DNA of 64,000 nucleotides, taken from the NCBI GenBank assembly GCA_965541585.1, contig CBEUCH010000013.1, positions 32,001-96,000 on the forward strand, read 5' to 3'. Under the pieces are notes generated by a model. The model did no database searches, was not told where the DNA came from, and saw only the letters and a program-made list of their open reading frames with translations. This document shows positions 40,401-43,742 of this stretch, piece after piece. The position numbers and the translations under genes are program-made. The DNA comes from an uncultured bacterium (GTDB taxonomy: Bacteria > Zixibacteria > MSB-5A5 > UBA10806). Positions within the stretch are counted from its first letter, which is position 1. Every line of letters begins with the position of its first letter.

Positions 40401-42196
40401 CCGGTATCTTCATCATTTACTTCGCGGCCACGGACGGCGAGTATGTTGACACGAAACCGACTCTGGTTCAGGTTATCGATATGGGCAACCAGCAACCGAC
40501 TCTAAACTCCATCGGCGCACTGTCAGTGCTCGAGGGAGATTCGCTCGAGGTGCTGATATCGGCCACCGATCCGGATTCAACCTTCCCGGCCTTCGCAGTG
40601 GAGGAAGCGCCGTACAATCTGGTGTTGACGGATTCCTCCAACGGTTACGCCACCCTATCGTACGCTCCTTTCTATAATCAATCAGGCGTCTATAGCATGC
40701 TGGTAATCGCTGATGACGGCGATGGAGCTGCCGATTCGGAATATGTCGATCTTACGGTAATCGAAGCCGGCAACCAGTATCCCGAACTGGAGCCTATTTC
40801 AGATGCGACGGTTACTGAAGGGGATAATCTGCAATTCTCAGTTTTTGCCGTTGATCCTGATTCCACGCTTCCAATAATGGATGCTCATAACCTCCCCGGG
40901 AATTCCGGTTTCACGGATATGGGTGACGGAAGCGGGCAGTTCTCATTCGATCCCAGTTTCTTCCAGGCGGGAGATTATCAGGTGACATTCCTTGCAATCG
41001 ATGCGGAGGATGCCGCAATCGCCGACTCCCAGATCGTCACTATCACGGTTGTCGACGACAACAGGCGCCCCGATTTTGAACATATGGGACCGTTCACGAT
41101 TTCGGAGGGTCAGAATCTCAATATAACAGTGGTTTGTACAGATCCCGATAGCACCATCCCAGTTCTGGAAATCCTATTGTCTCCGCCTAATTCCTCCTTT
41201 ATCGATAACGGTGACGGCACGGGCATCTTCGATTTCAACCCGGATTATTTCCAGGCGGGCGTTGATTCCGCCCTTTTCAGGGCGGTTGATGAAACCGATC
41301 CGGAATTGTCAGATGAAATGATGATCTATTTCATAATTGAAGATGTTAACCGTCCTCCAGTGCTCTCGCCGATTCCGGATACAAGCATCGGCGATGGATT
41401 CGTGCTCAATCTGGATATTGTTACGACCGATCCCGATTTAACCATTCCTCTGCTTTTCTTCAGGAATATTCCGAATTTAGCGGAGTTTACAGACTATGGT
41501 GATGGAACTGCATTGTTCTCGTGGCGCCCGAGATTCGAAGATATTGGTCTCTATCTGGTCACCTTCGGATGCTTTGATCAAATAGATCCATCCCTGGCCG
41601 ATTCGCAGGTGGTGGCCATTCAAGTGGTTACGTCCGGCAACCATCCGCCGGTGTTTGTACCGATCCCCGATCAACAGGTAAACGCCGACGATACTCTTGA
41701 TCTGCGCATTGTAGCCACAGATCCGGAGAATGATCCCCTTACGCTGGACTATGTCGGGACCCTGCCGTTCGGAATGACGTTTGTAGATTCGGGGGGCGGG
41801 ATAGGATCGATTCACTGGGTGCCAACCATGGATCAGGGGGGCGATACAACCGTTACGCTCGTGGCCACAGAGAGTTTTGGCCTGACTGACACGCTTCGAG
41901 TGAATATAGCCGTCTTGACCTTTATAAGGGGTGATATCGATGGCAATGGTGTAATCGAGCTACCGGATATCATAATGATTGTAGATTATTATAGGTATGG
42001 GGTGGAGATCCCGGAGCCTATTGAGCGAGCCGATGTCGACGGCAACGGAACCATAGGGGATCTTGCAGATGTCATCTATCTTATCGACTATTATAGAGGA
42101 GGCCCTCCGCCACCTCCACCGTCGCCTCCGGGTGGAGGACGGATAGGTATAATTCCGAGGAATATTATGAATTTTGAAGCAGGGAGGGGGAGATAG
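19463..42196 (+). CDS. Giant (about 7577 aa) secreted adhesin-like protein: small N-terminal beta-sandwich, 78 tandem cadherin-like Ig repeats, C-terminal dockerin
   Basis: Single open frame of 22.7 kb. Signal peptide (..SARA/Q). About 93-94-aa repeats (D/N)xPPVLDPIxPQxxxEG...SDPDGD...FDPDYTQSG...DITV, 78 counted by hand. GDIDGNGVIELPD...ADVDGNGTIGDLAD dockerin. No CTD. Start ATG 19463 or TTG 19457. Confidence 0.9.
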   Translation: MIPKQPRKAIGYLPLALFALIFLFPLSARAQLAESLYVDSSSSSRPISSEINSHGATDGAEASISGNLAAPQDTWTFDFDDTINPGQVIINAQIFITHRQSGYIDDSLVIEYFDGNNFIQFESFANVPTSLTTIGPFNADSITSTDQLNGFQVQMRGIQKARGHDVITYYVDAVELRLTYQANEPPVVDPIPPQIIAEGAHLDVRLTASDPDIGDILTLTAENLPPNASFSDSSGGVGGLIFDPDFTQAGFYQVSIIATDQGGLADTGTVDITVTNVDLPPVLDPISPQIMAEGAHLDLTITASDPDGDVIGLVAELLPPNSAFFDSTGGIGGFTFDPDYTQSGPHQVRFIASSNSLADTQLVDITVTDVDRPPVLDPISPQIMAEGDHLDLRVTASDPDGDVISLLAELLPPNSAFFDSTGGVGGFTFDPDYTQSGPHQIRFIASSNSLADTHLVDITVTNVDRPPVLDPISPQIMAEGDHLDLRVTASDPDGDLIGLVAELLPPNSAFFDSTGGVGGFTFDPDYTQSGPHQVRFIASSNSLADTQLVDITVTDVDRPPVLDPISPQTMAEGDHLDLRVTASDPDGDPISLVAELLPPNSAFFDSTGGVGGFTFDPDYTQSGPHQVRFIANSNSLADTQLVDITVTNVDLPPVLDPISPQTMAEGDHLDLTITASDPDGDVIGLVGELLPPNSAFFDSTGGVGGFTFDPDYTQSGPHQVRFIANSNSLADTQLVDITVTNVDLPPALDPISPQTVFEGAHLDLRVTASDADGDVISLVAELLPANSAFFDSTGGIGGFTFDPDYDQAGPYQVRFIASSTALADTQLVDITVINVGLPPVIDPVSAQSVDEAGHLDVRVTASDPDLGDVITLTAEQLPANASFADSSGGVGGLVFDPDFTQAGFYQVRIIATDTGALADTEMVDITVNQINAPPVLEPIGPRFVDEGSHLEFVLISSDVDGDSIILTAENLPANSAFADSGNGHGLFQFDPDFNQSAIYPVRFIASDGILADSEIVDITVNDVDRSPILDPISPQIMAEGGHLDLRVTASDPDGDPIGLIAELLPPNSAFFDSTGGVGGFTFDPDYTQSGPHQVRFIANSNALADTQLVDITVTNVDLPPVLDPISPQTMGEGGHLDLRVTASDPDGDPIGLIAELLPANSAFFDSTGGVGGFTFDPDYTQSGPHQVRFIANSNSLADTQLVDITVTNVDLPPVLDPISPQIMAEGGHLDLRVTASDPDGDPIGLIAELLPPNSAFFDSTGGVGGLIFDPDYTQSGPHQVRFIANSNSLADTQLVDITVTNVDLPPVLDPISPQIMAEGDHLDLRITTSDPDGDPIGLIAELLPPNSAFFDSTGGVGGFTFDPDYTQSGPHQVRFIANSNSLADTQLVDITVTNVDLPPVLDPISPQIMAEGDHLDLRVTASDPDGDPIGLIAELLPPNSAFFDSTGGVGGFTFDPDYTQSGPHQVRFIANSNALADTQLVDITVTNVDLPPVLDPISPQIMAEGGHLDLRVTASDPDGDPIGLIAELLPANSAFFDSTGGVGGFTFDPDYSQSGPHQVRFIANSNSLADTQLVDITVTNVDLPPVLDPISPQIMAEGDHLDLRITASDPDGDPVGLIAELLPPNSAFFDSTGGVGGFTFDPDYTQSGPHQVRFIANSNSLADTQLVDITVTNVDLPPVLDPISPQILAEGDHLDLRITASDPDGDPIGIIAELLPANSAFFDSTGGVGGFTFDPDYTQSGPHQVRFIANSNTLADTQLVDITVTNVDLPPVLDPISPQIIAEGGHLDLRVTASDPDGDPVGLMAELLPANSAFFDSTGGVGGLTFDPDYTQSGPHQVRFIANSNTLADTQLVDITVTNVDLPPVLDPISPQIMAEGDHLDLRITASDPDGDPIGLIAELLPANSAFFDSTGGVGGFTFDPDYTQSGPHQVRFIANSNSLADTQLVDITVTDVDLPPVFDPIPSQSVDENSHLDIRVTASDFDGDPIILTAEGLPANASFADSSNGVGGFTFDPDFFQSGDYTVTFIANSNALADTEFVDITVNNVNRAPLLNPIGNRSVIEGGNISFEITASDPDLVTPSLTAQDLPINASFVDSLDGTGQFTFNPGYTQAGLYDVLFIASDGDLADSEMVQITVFDAGNQPPEIDYIGPQLVYEGYHLELLVTASDPDSTIPALQGLNLPANSAFADSGNGNASFTFDPDYTQSGVYNVLFRAYDGGLYDSLWVGITVLDSNRTPILDPIGSQTVTEGNRLQFVITSSDPDGTTPQLSTGALPFNAVFEDSLNGNGLFTFDPDFTQSGIDTILFVAADGLLADSEFVEITILEFGNNPPVLDPIGPQSVDEGSQLQVIISASDLDGTIPSLAAEGLPANAAFTDSLNGRGLFEFSPSYFQSGPYQVRFIASDGVASDTELVDITVNDIDRLPVLDPISPQILAEGDHLDLRVTASDPDGDPINLLAELLPANSAFFDSTGGVGGFTFDPDYTQSGPHQVRFIANSNALADTQLVDITVTNVDLPPVLDPISAQIVAEGDHLDLRITASDPDGDPIGLVAELLPPNSAFFDSTGGVGGFTFDPDYTQSGPHQVRFIASSTTFADTQLVDITVTDVDLPPVLDPISAQVIAEGNHLDLRITASDPDGDPIGLVAELLPPNSAFFDSTGGVGGFTFDPDYTQSGPHQVRFIANSNALADTQLVDITVTNVDLPPVLDPISPQTMAEGDHLDLRITASDPDGDPIGLIAELLPPNSVFFDSTGGVGGFTFDPDYTQSGPHQVRFIANSNSLADTQLVDITVTNVDLPPVLDPISPQTMAEGDHLDLRITASDPDGDPIGIIAELLPPNSAFFDSTGGVGGFTFDPDYTQSGPHQVRFIANSNSLADTQVVDITVTEVDRPPVLDPISPQTMAEGDHLDLRITASDPDGDLIGLVAELLPVNSAFFDSTGGVGGLTFDPDYTQSGPHQVRFIASSNSLADTQLVDITVTNVDLPPVLDPISPQTVAEGGHLDLRITASDPDGDPIGLVAELLPVNSAFFDSTGGVGGFTFDPDYTQSGPHQVRFIATSNSLADTQLVDITVTELDRSPVLDPISPQTMAEGDHLDLRITASDPDGDPVGLVAELLPANSAFFDSTGGVGGFTFDPDYTQSGPYQVRFIANSNSLADTQLVDITVTELDRPPVIDPISPQTMAEGDHLDLRITAADPDGDAISLVAELLPVNSAFFDSTGGVGGFTFDPDYTQSGPYQIRFIANSNSLADTQLVDITVTNVDLPSVLDPISPQTMAEGDHLDLRITASDPDGDPIGLVAELLPANSAFFDSTGGVGGFTFDPDYTQSGPHQVRFIANSNSLADTQLVDITVTELDRQPVLDPISPQTMAEGDHLDLRITASDPDGDPVGLVAELLPPNSAFFDSTGGVGGFTFDPDYTQSGPYQVRFIANSNSLADTQLVDITVTNVDLPPLLDPISPQTVSEGGHLDLRITASDPDGDPVGLVAELLPPNSAFFDSTGGVGGFTFDPDYTQSGPYQVRFIANSNSLSDTQLVDITVLEAGDQPPIWDPISPQTVAEGDHLDLQVTATDPEGDIISLTAELLPANSAFVDSTGGVGGFTFDPDYFQADLYQVRFIATANAQSDTALVDITVTDTPRPPIWDPIGDRALFEGESISFIVTATDPDLTIPLLSVDSLPANAVFTDSLNGNGLFSFSPDYTQAGQHILTFIASDGVLSDSEVVNIFVFEAGNQPPEIDSVAPQSVVEAQHLEFVVTSSDPEGTIPALQAFDLPANAAFADSGNGHGLFTFDPDYTQSGVHNVLFQAFDGELYDSLYVEITVVDFPFAPVLDPIGAQIVTEGDTLQVVITSSDPDGTDPQLLTGPLPVNATFEDSLNGHGLFVFTPDFTQAGIDTVLFIATDGALSDSEYVQITVVEFGNNPPVLDPISSQTVDEGSLLQVLVSASDPDSTIPLLSTIILPVNATFTDSLNGTGLLEFTPDYFQSGVYFVTFIASDGALADSQNVMITVNNINRAPVLDTIPTPQVVAEGSLLQLTVTSSDPDTTIPVLTAENLPPNATFADSGDGSGDFQFNPDYTQSGSYQVLFISSDGDLADSQYVDIDVIETDRPPVLDPILPQTVAEGDHLDLRITASDPDGDLVGLVAELLPANSAFFDSTGGVGGFVFDPDYTQSGPYQVRFIANSNSLADTQLVDITVTELDRPPVLDPILPQTVDEGDHLDLRITASDPDGDVISLAAELLPANSAFFDSTGGVGGFVFDPDYTQSGPYQIRFIASSNSLADTQLVDITVNDVNLPPILDPIPTPQSVAEGSILEFTVTSFDPDGTNPALVALNVPVNAVFTDSLNGHGLFEFAPDFTQSGDYQVLFVASDGVLADSQYVDITVTENNRPPVLDPILTPRNVAETATLEFSITASDLDGNIPALFAEDLPVNAVFVDSANGVGTFTFTPDYTQSGPYAVLFYATDGQFSDSQYVDITVTDVNASPVITVPGAQVVNESDSLLFTVSASDIDGTVPLLSFFDVPANSSFEDSLNGVGLFRFYPDFTQSGIYTVGFIASDGLLSDTGYVSITVLDAGNQSPVLDPIGPQTVDEGDTLRFVVSATDPDSTVPQLLTDPLPTNATFEDSLNGHGLFVFAPDFTQSGVDTVLFIATDGGLSDSEYVEITIVEAGNQVPVLDPIGPQAVGEGDSLLLVITASDPDGATPTLVALGVPSNGSFVDNGDGTGDFDFYPDYFQENIFTVTFIASDGVLADTEAVEITVADTPRPPIWDPISDRALFEGQTISFGVFASDPDLTIPLLSVDSLPANAAFTDSLNGHGSFSFSPDYTQAGQHILTFIASDGVLSDSEVVNIFVFEAGNQPPEIDSVAPQSVVEAQHLEFVVTSSDPEGTIPALQAFDLPANAAFADSGNGHGLFTFDPDYTQSGVHNVLFQAFDGELYDSLYVEITVVDFPFAPVLDPIGAQIVTEGDTLQFVVTSSDPDGTDPQLLTGPLPANAAFEDSLNSHGLFVFAPDFTQAGIDTVLFIATDGALSDSEYVQITVVEFGNNPPVLDPISSQTVDEGSLLQVLVTASDPDSTIPLLSTITLPVNAIFTDSLNGAGLLEFAPDYFQSGVYFVTFIASDGALADSQNVMITVNNINRAPVLDSIPTPQAVAEGSLLQVTITSSDPDTTIPILTAENLPLNATFADSGDGSGDFQFNPDYIQSGPYQVLFISSDGDLADSQYVDIDVIETDRPPALDPILPQTVAEGDHLDLRITASDPDGDLIGLVAELLPANSAFFDSTGGVGGFVFDPDYTQSGPYQIRFIASSNSLSDTQLVDITVTELDRPPVLDPILPQTVDEGDHLDLRLTASDPDGDVISLVAELLPANSAFFDSSGGVGGFVFDPDYTQSGPYQVRFIASSNSLADTQLVDITVNDVNLPPVLDPIPPQTVAEGSHLDLRITASDPDGDPIALLAELLPPNSAFFDSTGGVGGFVFDPDYTQSGPYQVRLIASANSLADTQLVDITVTEVDRPPVLDPVLPQIVAEGDHLEFRLTASDPDGDVITLVGELLPPNSAFFDSTGGVAGFVFDPDYTQSGPYQIRFIANSNSLADTQLVDITVTELDRQPVLDPISPQTMAEGDHLDLRITASDPDGDPVGLVAELLPPNSAFFDSTGGVGGFTFDPDYTQSGPYQVRFIANSNSLADTQLVDITVTNVDLPPLLDPISPQTVSEGGHLDLRITASDPDGDPVGLVAELLPPNSAFFDSTGGVGGFTFDPDFTQSGPYQVRFIANSTSLSDTQLVDITVIEAGDQPPVWDPISPQTFAEGDHLDLQVTATDPEGDIISLTAELLPANSAFFDSTGGVGGFTFDPDYFQADLYQVRFIATANAQSDTALVDITVTDTPRPPIWDPIGDRALFEGESISFIVTATDPDLTIPLLSVDSLPANAVFTDSLNGNGLFSFSPDYTQAGQHILTFIASDGVLSDSEVVNIFVFEAGNQPPEIDSIAPQSMVEGEHLEFVVISSDPDSTIPALQAFDLPANAVFADSGNGHGLFTFDPDFTQAGVHNVLFRAFDGELYDSLYAEITVVDFGFPPELDPIGPQTVTEGDTLQVVITSSDPDGTYPQLLTGPLPANAAFEDSLNGHGLFVFTPDFTQSGIDTVLFMATDGALSDSEYVEITIIEAGNQPPTLNPIGPQVVDEGDTLLVIISASDPDSTIPGLSVVGLPPNATFNDNFDGTGTFEFRPDYTQGGLDTVLFIATDTALADSEYVEITIYDINLPPILTPIGPHFTDEGVLLQVMVTATDPDGTIPSLTADSLPLNATFVDSSNGAGLFEFMPDFDQAGVYNVLFAASDGILADSELVVITVVDVNRPPLFDPVGDQQVTEGDSLFFTVQAVDPEGLIPSLSVDLLPTNAVFTDSGNGTGLYEYRPDYTQSGVDTVAFLASDGVLIDTLKVQITTIEAGNQWPVLSPIGPRVVDESQLLQFNVYGSDADDGPPSLQVGSLPLGSTFYDSTNGVGTFTFTPDFFQSGIYIVLFFATDGSAADSEYVLITVNNINQPPQLTPIGNQAIFEGDSLGLNIIASDLDGDSLVITAELIEVNMTFTDNGDGTAFFQFMPDFTQAGIYPLTFAVTDGVDADTDLVQIEVIEVGNQPPVLAAIDTAYYITEGYLLVIPVSATDLDADSLVLSADSLVENMTFDDYGDGSGSFTFAPSYLQSGTYPLTFSAFDGQAYDSLQTIIYVAEEGNQPPVLDPIGPQTVAEGDSLVLDISASDPEGFIPILLVSDQPDSSYFTDNGDGTGRFRYYPDFYSAGVDTVRFTAMDDGGLTDYEDVLITITDVNLPPFIVFDGDTLVHEGDTLVAIVIATDSSDFEPGPISLSHGYLPPNSDFVITGNGVGEFRFYPDFEQTGIDSAYFYAVDSDIPPMSDEKWVNLTVLASNRPPELVQPPGGSVDQGDTLTIDLFATDPDGDSIVLFINCDCPEPLPPRSEFQDFGDGTGQFTFYPDYTQTGIFIIYFAATDGEYVDTKPTLVQVIDMGNQQPTLNSIGALSVLEGDSLEVLISATDPDSTFPAFAVEEAPYNLVLTDSSNGYATLSYAPFYNQSGVYSMLVIADDGDGAADSEYVDLTVIEAGNQYPELEPISDATVTEGDNLQFSVFAVDPDSTLPIMDAHNLPGNSGFTDMGDGSGQFSFDPSFFQAGDYQVTFLAIDAEDAAIADSQIVTITVVDDNRRPDFEHMGPFTISEGQNLNITVVCTDPDSTIPVLEILLSPPNSSFIDNGDGTGIFDFNPDYFQAGVDSALFRAVDETDPELSDEMMIYFIIEDVNRPPVLSPIPDTSIGDGFVLNLDIVTTDPDLTIPLLFFRNIPNLAEFTDYGDGTALFSWRPRFEDIGLYLVTFGCFDQIDPSLADSQVVAIQVVTSGNHPPVFVPIPDQQVNADDTLDLRIVATDPENDPLTLDYVGTLPFGMTFVDSGGGIGSIHWVPTMDQGGDTTVTLVATESFGLTDTLRVNIAVLTFIRGDIDGNGVIELPDIIMIVDYYRYGVEIPEPIERADVDGNGTIGDLADVIYLIDYYRGGPPPPPPSPPGGGRIGIIPRNIMNFEAGRGR
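20006..41915 (+). repeat. Intragenic tandem array of about 279-282 bp units with higher-order block duplications
   Basis: Near-identical DNA blocks recur at offsets 3369 bp (e.g. 30601 vs 33970) and 6729 bp (29474 vs 36203). Confidence 0.9.
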
Positions 42197-42199
42197 GCA

Positions 42200-43678
42200 A
42201 TGCGTAAAACGTGGGCATCGCTGTTCATATTTCTATTTTTCGCAAGTGCGGTCTCTCGGGCGACCGGCTCATCGTATTCGCCTACCGTACCGACTGATAC
42301 TTACGAGATTAGTTTTGGCCCACTTATCGAGGCCTTTCCAGGAGAGCCTGATCTCCTGATTCCCGTACGGATTTCAGTCAGCCAGCCGACGATCGGAGTA
42401 AATATAGTCATCTCCTATGACCAGAGTCTTTTCACCCTCGGCGCAGTGGCCCCTAATATGTTCTTCCAGAGATTCATAGTGGATCTCAGCATTCCCGGAC
42501 GGATATATATAAATCTTCTAACAGATTTACCGCCTCCTCCTCAGATCCCACCGCTCGAAGGCGATACTATTATTGCCTGGATCGTATGCGCTGTGACCTC
42601 GGAGGATCTGGGGTATGATCTCCTCACCCATATAACTTTTTACGAGGACCCGGATACTCCCTATCCCGATAACTCTCTCCTTCTGGAGGACGGTACCTGG
42701 ATTATTCCGCCGAATCTATCTCTGATCCGGGGCGACATTCTCATCATTCACCCCATATACGGCGATATCAATCTTAATGAATTCGCTTTCGAAATCGGTG
42801 ACGCCGTAACTTTTCTGAATTATTTTATGGGCTTGACCGAATTCAACCGACGGCAATATGCCAACTCCGATTGCAATCGCGATGGTATACAGGCGAGCAT
42901 TGCCGACCTGGTTTACCTTCTCGCCGTCGTAAGCGGGGATACCAATCTTGTCGCTCCTCCGCTTCTTATCGCGGAAAATCATGCTCTTAAAAGTGGTTCT
43001 GATTCCGAAAACCATTTCAGGAAAATGGCTGGCGACTATAACAGATTAGATATGGTTATCCAGGGGACCGAGCCTATCGGCGGGGCGTATTTTGTTCTCG
43101 AATATGATGCCGATAGTGTGGAGCCTGTGGCTGTCCTTTTGGATACCTCGGCGGCTCCGCTGCAATTATCATGCGCGGCTTCAGAGGGGAGATTGTTGAT
43201 CGCCGTTTATGATTGGGATTCACAGGACTCGTATTTTTCGGCGGGCAGATTACTCTCCGTCATATATTCAAGGTCTGGTTCTGGAGCCCCGTTGTTCGAT
43301 ATCACCAAAGCGGAGTTTTCAAACAGGATGGGACAAGCCATTGATATAGACTACAATGTCGTCTATTCCGGCTTAAAACCACCCACAACAGAGCCTATCG
43401 AACCGCGCATTTCAGTTTCATGTTACCCCAATCCGTTTAACGGAGCGGTCTCGGTCAGCTACAGTCTCCCTTCGGACGGGGAGTATGATCTGATAGTATA
43501 CGATATACTGGGGAGAAAAGTGAGGGTTCTGGAACGAGGCTTTCTACCCGCCGGGCCGCGCAGGGTTTTCTGGGACGGCAAAGACGAGAGCAGTCGTGGT
43601 GTTGCCAGCGGGATATATTTCGTCCGGCTCTACGGTGAGGGCGCCAGCGCCAGCACCAAAGTTTTTATGTTGAAATAG
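42200..43678 (+). CDS. Secreted cohesin + dockerin + cohesin-like + T9SS-type CTD protein
   Basis: Starts 3 bp after the giant gene. AFPGEPDLLIPVRI...ISYD cohesin. GDINLNEFAFEIGD...SDCNRDGIQASIADL dockerin. YPNPFN...VASGIYFVRL...KVFMLK. Confidence 0.85.
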   Translation: MRKTWASLFIFLFFASAVSRATGSSYSPTVPTDTYEISFGPLIEAFPGEPDLLIPVRISVSQPTIGVNIVISYDQSLFTLGAVAPNMFFQRFIVDLSIPGRIYINLLTDLPPPPQIPPLEGDTIIAWIVCAVTSEDLGYDLLTHITFYEDPDTPYPDNSLLLEDGTWIIPPNLSLIRGDILIIHPIYGDINLNEFAFEIGDAVTFLNYFMGLTEFNRRQYANSDCNRDGIQASIADLVYLLAVVSGDTNLVAPPLLIAENHALKSGSDSENHFRKMAGDYNRLDMVIQGTEPIGGAYFVLEYDADSVEPVAVLLDTSAAPLQLSCAASEGRLLIAVYDWDSQDSYFSAGRLLSVIYSRSGSGAPLFDITKAEFSNRMGQAIDIDYNVVYSGLKPPTTEPIEPRISVSCYPNPFNGAVSVSYSLPSDGEYDLIVYDILGRKVRVLERGFLPAGPRRVFWDGKDESSRGVASGIYFVRLYGEGASASTKVFMLK

Positions 43679-43742
43679 AATACTCTAATTATCCGAATTG
43701 ATCGGATCATCAGCAAGCTTCATAATAGTCTAAGCGGGCTCT

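Noticed and set aside
11738..43678. Classical cellulosome
   Set aside because: No dockerin-bearing glycoside hydrolase or CBM3 was recognised. The only GH-like gene lacks both signal peptide and dockerin.
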